From the NCBI GenBank assembly GCA_030066985.1, contig JASJAN010000001.1, forward strand, positions 69,976 to 133,975: DNA of 64,000 nt. Reading direction: 5' to 3'. This DNA is from Desulfobacterales bacterium. GTDB lineage: Bacteria; Desulfobacterota; Desulfobacteria; Desulfobacterales; JAHEIW01. Both the position numbers and the translations under genes were made by a program. Shown here in pieces: positions 10,211-17,298 of the stretch; position 1 is the stretch's first letter, and each line of letters opens with the position of its first letter. The notes under the pieces were generated by a model, which ran no database searches, was not told the DNA's origin, and was given only the letters and a program-made list of their open reading frames with translations.

Positions 10211-11152
10211 ATGCCCACCGGCGCCTGTGGTATTAACTGTGATATCTGCAAATTAAATCTGCTGGGGACCTGCTCCAGCTGCGGCCCGGGCACCAGCCCG
10301 CAGGCCGAACAAAAGCTGGCCGCTCAACATCGTTTACTGGGCGGCACCTGCGCCATTCTGGCATGTGCGCAATTAAACCGCGTGGACTATTGCCTGCGGG
10401 ATTGCGCTCAATTTCCCTGTGATAATTTCTCCAAAGGTCCCTACCCATTCAGCCAGGCGTATCTTCAGATGCAGGATCGCCGCCGTCAGCAAATCCCGCC
10501 GGCCTTCGCTCCGGATCAATCGCCGGTGGAAGTCCCGTCGCATTTCTGGGATGCGCTGCAATCCAAAGATCTCAACGCCCTTTGCAACTGGACCCTTTTC
10601 AGGCCGGCATCAGACCGCCAATTGGTCTTTCAATTCTTGAACGAAGAGGTGCTGGTGGATGTGGCCGAGCGCTGCCTGAAACGCGATAGCGGTGGGAGCT
10701 GGATAAATTCGCCAGACCCGTTGCTGGAGCTGGTCACTGTCATTTACCTGAATAACGTCAAACAGCTTATCCCCCTCGGCAGCGACATTGTGGGTGTCAA
10801 AGACCTCAAAGAGGCCCATTTTTTCCAGGGGCCCCATGTGCTGCAAACCGACCCCCTGCTGCAGCGCTACGGTCAGGACATCAGCGGTTTTACAGCAGCT
10901 GCCCGGTTTCTGGACGGACGTCCGGTGGACATGGCTGATGCGGCTTATGAGCTGTTTCCGTTTCCGCGCGTGCCGCTGTATTTTTTATTCTGGCAAGGCG
11001 ATGCCGAATTTGATCCCCGCATATCGGTGCTATTTGACCGCTCCATTGAAGCGGTTTTCGCCGCCGATGCCATCTGGGGCATAGTGAACCGAGTTGCCAC
11101 CGCTCTGTTGCAGGGGCCCGTTGCTGCAAAACCATCACCGGCAGACGAATAA
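10211..11152 (+). CDS. Cys-rich (putative Fe-S) protein with an uncharacterised DUF3786-like C-terminal domain
   Basis: N-terminus CGINCDICKLNLLGTCSSCGPG plus further Cys (CAILAC, CLRDCAQFPC). The family assignment is from memory of DUF3786-type proteins and is not verified. Confidence 0.55.
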   Translation: MPTGACGINCDICKLNLLGTCSSCGPGTSPQAEQKLAAQHRLLGGTCAILACAQLNRVDYCLRDCAQFPCDNFSKGPYPFSQAYLQMQDRRRQQIPPAFAPDQSPVEVPSHFWDALQSKDLNALCNWTLFRPASDRQLVFQFLNEEVLVDVAERCLKRDSGGSWINSPDPLLELVTVIYLNNVKQLIPLGSDIVGVKDLKEAHFFQGPHVLQTDPLLQRYGQDISGFTAAARFLDGRPVDMADAAYELFPFPRVPLYFLFWQGDAEFDPRISVLFDRSIEAVFAADAIWGIVNRVATALLQGPVAAKPSPADE

Positions 11153-11352
11153 TCACGGAAGCTGATGGAGCCCCTGGTTTAAGATAGCCTGCCGTCGCGA
11201 TAACCACCTTTCTTTTGAACTCCGGTCATATTCTCCTAAAGATTAACCCTAAATTATCTGATACCTATCACAGTTTCTCCTATAGACGGTGCCCAACATG
11301 GCACACAATTTCGCGTCAGCTTGTCAACTTCAGTTAGGAGGGGAATTTAATC

Positions 11353-12069
11353 ATGCACAAACAGGCCGGATTTACCTTGCTGGAAATCTTTCTGATCGTC
11401 GGTGCGCTGATCATCATTTCAGCCATTGCCGCACCAAGTGTGGTCGCCTGGCGTGATGATGTCAGATTGTCAGCTGCCACCGAACGTTTTGGCGATGATG
11501 TGCAAAAAGCCAAGTCGCGGGCCGTGCGTGATGGCAAAACCGTAATTATTGAATTAAATTCAAATACCTATCGTGTTTTTGTCGATACTACCAATAGCAG
11601 CGGCGGACCGCCAAACGGCGCCTACGACCCCAATGAGCCGGTCGTCTGCGATCGGCAATTGCCGCGCGGTATCCGAATGAAACTCAACGACACCGCCTCA
11701 ACTATCGTAGCGCCGTTGCAAGAAGTTGAAGATCTTCCAGTTGAAATTGAAGGCCTTGAAGTTGACACCAATCTGCAGCACGGAAAGTTGCAGCCAGCTG
11801 AGCAGAAGGGCCTGGGAACCGGTCAGGGGCTAACATCAGAGCTTAGGGCACCGAATAATGAAAACAGTGAGGATGATGAAAATCAATCCGCAGATTCAGA
11901 CCTGACAGCCGATAAGCAGGAGCCTGCCTATGACCCGGCGCGTCTGAGTTTTGACTATATCGGCAGATGTTTAAACCCACAAACCATCGTTCTGCAAAAT
12001 TCCAGAGGCAAAAAGAAGCTGGTAGCGATAAATACGCTTGCCAACGTAAAGGTGATCAAGATTGATTAA
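11353..12069 (+). CDS. Type IV pilin-like / T2SS GspH-FimT family pseudopilin with an acidic low-complexity insertion
   Basis: Prepilin motif QAGFTLLEIFLIVGALIII (G|F, Glu+5) and a GspH/FimT-like SAATERFGDDVQKAKSRAV. An acidic insert of roughly 75-90 aa runs approximately from LQEVEDLPVEIEGLEV to SEDDENQSADSD. Confidence 0.75.
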   Translation: MHKQAGFTLLEIFLIVGALIIISAIAAPSVVAWRDDVRLSAATERFGDDVQKAKSRAVRDGKTVIIELNSNTYRVFVDTTNSSGGPPNGAYDPNEPVVCDRQLPRGIRMKLNDTASTIVAPLQEVEDLPVEIEGLEVDTNLQHGKLQPAEQKGLGTGQGLTSELRAPNNENSEDDENQSADSDLTADKQEPAYDPARLSFDYIGRCLNPQTIVLQNSRGKKKLVAINTLANVKVIKID

Positions 12070-12235
12070 GGCTAAAATCATCGACAACGTTAAGGGATTC
12101 GGGCTGCCCGAGCTGGTGGCTGCGCTGGGTGTTTTGGCCATTATCCTGGCGGTGGCCGTGCCCAATTTTTTGGACTGGCGCGCCAGCACCGAATTGCGCA
12201 GTTTACCGAAGAGCTTAGAGAAGTGGCCTAATTAA
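12062..12235 (+). CDS. Very short type IV pilin-like protein (57 codons); either a minimal pilin or a truncated remnant
   Basis: TTG start 6 nt after AAGGTGA, overlapping the upstream stop. It encodes KG|FGLPELVAALGVLAIILAVAVPNF (G|F, Glu+5) and ends after ~45 mature residues. It falls below the ORF-track length cutoff. Confidence 0.45.
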   Translation: MIKAKIIDNVKGFGLPELVAALGVLAIILAVAVPNFLDWRASTELRSLPKSLEKWPN

Positions 12236-12267
12236 CCATGTCCACGGCCATAAATGAAGGTAAACTC

Positions 12268-12856
12268 ATGGTCGGTCTACTTATAGAGGACAGCTATCTT
12301 CCTTTTTGTCGATCAAAGCGCTGTCAACGACCCGCCGAATTGGTCGCATGATCCCGGCGAGCCCGTCGTATACCAGCGTCAACTGTCCGAAGGCACCCGT
12401 CTGGAGTTTATCGATCCGACAACCGGGGCTCCGGCGGAGGCATTTCGGCCCGAGGGCAGAGCCCTTAATGACCGTCTCATTTGGAAAGCCATATTTTCTG
12501 ACAAGTGGTCCAAAGAGCATAAAGGCGCGGCCGGCGGTTTATTTCCAGCGCATTCCCGACAGGAGAAGATCGACCCTGATGAGAAGCCGCTGGGCTTTCC
12601 GATTGAAAATAACGCCACCAGCGTTGAAATGATCGAAAATCAATTTGATAGGCGCCCTATAGAGGCGGTTAAATCGATGTATCGGCAACACAAACAAGAA
12701 TTGGCCGTCATCGTCAAAGCACACAGGGAAGGAAGCATCCCGGCGCAAGAATTTGAAAATATCAAAACCGAGCTTCGTCTCAATTATATGGACAGTTGCC
12801 GAGATATTTGGACCGATGAGCAGTTTGAGCTGCTGTTTGGCAGCGTTGAGAACTAG
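12268..12856 (+). pseudogene. Frameshifted or 5'-truncated ORF of unknown function
   Basis: The frame of the listed 75-aa ORF (12629..12856) stays open back to 12287 (114 extra codons) with no ATG/GTG/TTG. A frame-1 ORF (ATG 12238 or 12268) joins it if one T of the T5 run at 12303-12307 is removed. Confidence 0.4.
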
Positions 12857-13242
12857 GTGTGCTGCTGTCTGTGTAGGAAAAAAATATCCTGGATCTTTTT
12901 TGTAATGGGACGCCGGCTTTTAGTGCCGACATACTGCCATTCAGTCACATCTCTTTAGGGATATGAACAACAATTTTTTTGGCCTGAATTTAGGCGATTT
13001 GTATAACAGCCCTCCCCCGCTCTGCCAGGCGGTCATGCTGCCTTCAGCCGGTGAATCGAAAGGTTATTTACGAGATAAGGCTGAAAACAACAACCCATGC
13101 CCTGATTCAGCAGATTTTAGTTTCAGGAAAGGGTTTCTGCCAATACCGTCCCCCTAAAAATGATTTGCATGCATATGATTTTAAGTGGGTAAGAACGTGA
13201 AAATCTAAATCGCATTTCTAACACACCGCTTAAGGGGGTCGA

Positions 13243-13632
13243 ATGAAAAAGATCGCATTCGTTTTAATCCTCATCGCCGTGCTTGCCGCGAGCATAGCTT
13301 CGGCTAAAAATTACATGTATGCCAAACGCTATGGATTCTGGGAATGGACCGGCCTGGCCATGGACCATACCTATCATTGTGCCAATGACAGTTCAGAAAC
13401 CGATTGCTGGTCTTGGACCTGAGGGCAGTCAGCTGGTTCCTACATTCCCTACACCTGGGGGTATGGAAATTTTGGTGACGCCAGGTGTACCACCACAAAC
13501 TGGGGCTGCCGATTTGTCTACCTCGTCCAGGGGGTCTGCCACCAGGAAACCAACCGTGGACTGTATACGTCCGGCAAAACGGTAGAATATGCAGCCGGGT
13601 ATTGGGCCTCTAAGGCCGCCTTCGGCACCTGA
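13243..13632 (+). CDS. Secreted Cys/Trp/Gly-rich small protein with an in-frame TGA at 13420-13422 (candidate selenoprotein, or a pseudogene)
   Basis: GGGGG SD 6 nt before the ATG. Signal peptide MKKIAFVLILIAVLAASIASA. There are 59 sense codons, then TGA, then 69 more sense codons of the same composition. A 9-bp hairpin lies at 13450-13489. Confidence 0.45.
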
Positions 13633-13876
13633 GGTATAATGAGCTCATGGGTGGTTTGCAAGACAGCCTGCTGGCTGTGGTGGTAATTTCTGTGGGCCGC
13701 ACGGAAAGGATTCGTCTGTTAACAAACCCCCTTCATTTTTTATGTTTGTCAAATTCTAAGGGGACTAGAGGCATCTAAACGAGGATGAGAAATAGTGAAA
13801 TCCGGCATCCTAAACAATGACATAAAAATTGCTTGGATCTGGCTAAAGGGGTTAAACTGAAGAGTGATATTCGAAG

Positions 13877-15229
13877 TCAAAACTCAGTGATTCCGGTATA
13901 GTTTTCTGGTGTAATTTTCAGCAACTCATCTTTAACGGATTCGGCGATATCCAAAGATTCAATAAATTCAGCAATGGCCTGCTGGTCGATGATTTTATGG
14001 GTGCGGGTGAGCGTCTTTAACGCTTCATAAGGCTGGGGATAGCCTTCGCGGCGCAGAATGGTCTGGATGGCTTCGGCCACCACCGCCCAGTTATTTTGCA
14101 AATCGGCACGGATAACCGCCGCATTTAAAATCAACTTATTCAAACCGCGCAGCAATGATTTTAGCCCAATAAGGGTGTGGGCCAGCGGAGCGCCGACATT
14201 ACGGGTAACAGTCGAATCTGTCAAATCCCGCTGGAGTCTGGAAATGGGCAGCTTGGCGGAAAGATGTTCCAAGATCGCATTGGCAACACCCAAATTGCCT
14301 TCAGAGTTTTCAAAATCAATGGGATTGACTTTGTGTGGCATGGTCGAAGAACCAACCTCTCCTTTTTTGATCTTCTGCTTGAAATAATCAAAAGAAATAT
14401 AGGTCCACATATCGCGATTCAAATCGATCAGAATCGTGTTAATGCGCTTAACATTATCGCAAAAGGCCGCCAGATTGTCATAATGATCGATCTGGGTTGT
14501 CACCCGGGAACGCTGAAGACCCAGTGTTTTGTTGACCAGCTCGTCGGCAAATGCGATCCAATCCACATCCGGATAGGCCACCTGATGGGCATTAAAGTTG
14601 CCGGTGGCGCCGCCGAACTTTGCGGAATACGGGATGTTATCCAACTGATCGATCTGAACCATCAGACGATCGACAAACACGTAAAGCTCTTTTCCGATGG
14701 TGGTCGGAGAAGCCGGTTGGCCATGGGTGCGGGCCAACATGGGGATATCGGCCCAATCTCTAGCTTTATTTTCAAGATGTTCACATACCTCAGTGAGCGC
14801 CGGCTTGAGCACTGCCAGATAGGCGTCCTTGATGGATAGCGGCAGCGCTGTATTGTTGATGTCCTGAGACGTCAATCCAAAGTGGATAAACTCTTTATAG
14901 GCTTCCAGACCCAATTTATCAAATTTATCCTTTAAAAAATATTCGACCGCTTTGACATCATGATTGGTGACTTTTTCGATATCTTTGACGATGGCCGCAT
15001 CTTCGACCGTAAAATCTTGGTAAATGCTACGCAGGGATTCAAGGGCCTTTTTTCCGATATCTTTGAGCGCAGGCAGCGGCAGACGACACAGTGCAATAAA
15101 ATACTCGACTTCGATTCGTACCCGATAGTGTATCAAGGCCCCTTCTGAAAAATATGGGGCCAGGGGTGCCGCCGCTCGCCGATAGCGACCGTCAACCGGT
15201 GAAATCGCTTCTAAGTTCGATAGATCCAT
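13877..15229 (-). CDS. purB: Adenylosuccinate lyase
   Basis: N-terminus LEAISPVDGRYR, 450 aa, and fumarate-lyase family signature GSSTMPHKVNP. Confidence 0.92.
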   Translation of the reverse strand: MDLSNLEAISPVDGRYRRAAAPLAPYFSEGALIHYRVRIEVEYFIALCRLPLPALKDIGKKALESLRSIYQDFTVEDAAIVKDIEKVTNHDVKAVEYFLKDKFDKLGLEAYKEFIHFGLTSQDINNTALPLSIKDAYLAVLKPALTEVCEHLENKARDWADIPMLARTHGQPASPTTIGKELYVFVDRLMVQIDQLDNIPYSAKFGGATGNFNAHQVAYPDVDWIAFADELVNKTLGLQRSRVTTQIDHYDNLAAFCDNVKRINTILIDLNRDMWTYISFDYFKQKIKKGEVGSSTMPHKVNPIDFENSEGNLGVANAILEHLSAKLPISRLQRDLTDSTVTRNVGAPLAHTLIGLKSLLRGLNKLILNAAVIRADLQNNWAVVAEAIQTILRREGYPQPYEALKTLTRTHKIIDQQAIAEFIESLDIAESVKDELLKITPENYTGITEF

Positions 15230-15393
15230 GGGAAGGTTCCTATATTCAGATCATGGGATTTATATAAATGGAGTGAATCGCTGAAGTATAGGCAAATGGC
15301 TTAGTGGTGTCAAGCTGCTGGGTATAGCAGGCATTTGAAATGCAACCGTCAATGGTGGGCAAATGGTTTCACGGGGTTTTGGCAGCGTGGGTT

Positions 15394-15567
15394 TCAGGCG
15401 GTCACATCGACGTTCTCTCCCACTCCCGCCGTAGCGATCATTTTCGCCATCTGTTGCTGGCTTTCGACCGCCATCTTAAGCATGGCAAGCTGCATATCAG
15501 CGGTTTTCTGCACCTGTTGGGTCATCATTGCCATCGATCCATCTAATGTCACTTGGCCTGCATCCAT
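15394..15567 (-). CDS. YjfB-like small protein (putative motility protein family); 57 aa
   Basis: GGAG 7 nt upstream of the ATG. MDAGQVTLDGSMAMMTQQVQKTADMQLAMLKMAVESQQQMAKMIATAGVGENVDVTA resembles the Gln/Met-rich YjfB pattern. It is below the ORF-track cutoff. The opposite-strand ORFs 15335..15643 look spurious. Confidence 0.6.
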   Translation of the reverse strand: MDAGQVTLDGSMAMMTQQVQKTADMQLAMLKMAVESQQQMAKMIATAGVGENVDVTA

Positions 15568-15726
15568 TATGGGACTCCTTTTTGGGGTTTGTCTCTTACC
15601 ACACCAACCAGATACATATCGGCCTGATGGCCAAAATCTTTAGATCGCTTTTTTATTTAATTTTTAATATAATACGGTACAGCAGATAATGATTGCAGAA
15701 ATTTATAACCACGGCGGGAGCGCTAA

Positions 15727-16038
15727 ATGCGGAAAGCGTTGATTGTCGTCATTATTGTCATCGTCGGTTTCGGCGGCTATCTGGGGTGGGACTGGTACGA
15801 TAAAACCCACAGACGGCAGCTGGAGCCCAGCATAACGCTGTATTACTGGACGGATGCCGATGGAGAAAAGCACATTTCTGACCGACCGCCACCGCAAAAC
15901 GCAAGAAATGTGTACACCGATAAAGGCTATAAACACATCCGCACGCCGCTGGTTGTGAGCATCAAAAACAAGGTTGTCAGATCTTACCTCAAGATCCGTA
16001 AAAAACTGTTCAAATCCAAGAAATCCAAAGAAAAATAA
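15727..16038 (+). CDS. Small membrane-anchored DUF4124-like protein with a Lys-rich tail
   Basis: N-terminal TM segment ALIVVIIVIVGFGGYL, motif YYWTDADGEKHISDRPP typical of DUF4124, and a basic C-terminus. Confidence 0.6.
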   Translation: MRKALIVVIIVIVGFGGYLGWDWYDKTHRRQLEPSITLYYWTDADGEKHISDRPPPQNARNVYTDKGYKHIRTPLVVSIKNKVVRSYLKIRKKLFKSKKSKEK

Positions 16039-16115
16039 AGAATCACAAACTTAGCCGATCAGGCGTTGAAATTGCGCAATGGGAGAGGAGTTTCCTGTTG
16101 GCGGGATAATAAAGT

Positions 16116-16256
16116 AATGGAATGGTGGAAAAATGGAATGATGCACAAAGGACCACATGAGGCTTCGATTTTAATATCTAAAAAGGGCCATCAAATAACA
16201 ATTGATCTTAGAAGCCAATCTCAGCATTCCAATTCCACAATTCCAAGACCCCATTC
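16116..16256. repeat. Oligomer-arm inverted repeat (element D; unit TGGAA / TTCCA)
   Basis: aatggaatggtggaaaaatggaatgatg ... cagcattccaattccacaattccaagaccccattc, with an inner ggcttc/gaagcc pairing. It lies between convergent genes. Confidence 0.65.
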
Positions 16257-16261
16257 TTTTT

Positions 16262-16765
16262 TTATGAAGTAAAGGGCGGAAACTTCGTCAGAATTCGATG
16301 GACCACATCGTTGACCGTCTGGGTTTCAATGGCCGGATTCCGATCCGGATCCAAGATCGCCCGCGTTTCACCCCACCAGATGACCCGACGGGTTTTGGGA
16401 TCCACAAACTGCAGGATTAGTTTTCCTTTTTCGACAATCAGATCGGAGTCAAATCCGCGCCACGCGGTGGTGAATATTTTGGACCTGACCCCATAAATTG
16501 CGACCAGAAAGTCGGGGTTTTGGGAAGAGCGCTGGACGTTTTTGGCCTGTAAGGTGGTATGGATGGCGGCTTGAATCCGCTCCAGCATCAGATGCTCAAT
16601 ACCGATGGTCGAGGGGATCGGACTCAGGTCATATGTTCGCAGGGTTGAAAAGTTTTTATTTACATTATAATCCCAGGTTACCGTTTGGGGGACCTCAATT
16701 GTCGCGGCACAACCACTGAATACAACCACCAATCCCAACAAGAGAAACTTATTGAAAGTGTTCAT
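16262..16765 (-). CDS. Lipoprotein, DUF4136-like
   Basis: Signal peptide with lipobox VVFSGC. Overall similarity to DUF4136-type lipoproteins is from memory. Confidence 0.6.
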   Translation of the reverse strand: MNTFNKFLLLGLVVVFSGCAATIEVPQTVTWDYNVNKNFSTLRTYDLSPIPSTIGIEHLMLERIQAAIHTTLQAKNVQRSSQNPDFLVAIYGVRSKIFTTAWRGFDSDLIVEKGKLILQFVDPKTRRVIWWGETRAILDPDRNPAIETQTVNDVVHRILTKFPPFTS

Positions 16766-17058
16766 ATCCGACCTCCTTAGTATACTCGAAGATTCAATTC
16801 ATATGATTCGAATTCGTGCACAATGCAATAAGCGCATTATCGTCTCAAAGATAGAATTTATGCTACCATCATAATCAACAAATGCGCCGGAGTCAATCCT
16901 GTTGGATCAGGCGTTATCACTCCATAAAAACACGGTATTGAAATATTCATCTCTCGAACTTACCGTTTGTTAGGGGCGGACATGAAATGAAATAAACGCT
17001 CGTCTGGTCCGCCGTAAAATTCAAATGCAATGCGGTCTGAAGGAGGACGGGGCAAAAA

Positions 17059-17298
17059 ATGGAATTGAATCGTGCAGAACGTGATCTGCTGGCGCTTTTA
17101 GCCGATGAATGGGATGCGGCCGGACCGCCGGGTTACCTTGAGACAACGATTGTCGCAAAGCGCTTGCAGAAATCCGTCCCTGCAGTAAAAGCCGCCATCC
17201 AATCCTTGTTTGAAAAAGGACTGGTAGACACCGACAAAGTGGATATCTTTGCGGCTTATCTGACACCGGAGGGATACGAGTTCACCCGGAAGGGCTGA
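17059..17298 (+). CDS. Small hypothetical protein, winged-helix-like
   Basis: 79-aa ORF preceded by GAAGGAGGA. The helix-rich sequence suggests a wHTH. Its 3' end overlaps the convergent recD2 stop by 17 nt. Confidence 0.5.
   Translation: MELNRAERDLLALLADEWDAAGPPGYLETTIVAKRLQKSVPAVKAAIQSLFEKGLVDTDKVDIFAAYLTPEGYEFTRKG

Noticed and set aside
11299-11314. Sigma54 promoter TGGCAC-N5-TTCGC upstream of the pseudopilin gene
   Set aside because: The -24 element is perfect, but the -12 element reads TTCGC instead of TTGC(A/T). The GG-to-GC spacing is one nt too long, so it is too weak to list as a feature.
13633-13686. Read-through of the second TGA (13630), adding GIMSSWVVCKTACWLWW to the candidate selenoprotein
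   Set aside because: Only 17 further codons stay open, which is roughly a 45 percent chance event. I saw no hairpin downstream. The Cys/Trp content is suggestive but insufficient.
15335-15643. 102-aa and 68-aa + strand ORFs
   Set aside because: They have no SD and a Trp/Cys/His-rich implausible sequence. The opposite strand carries a well-signalled YjfB-like small gene.
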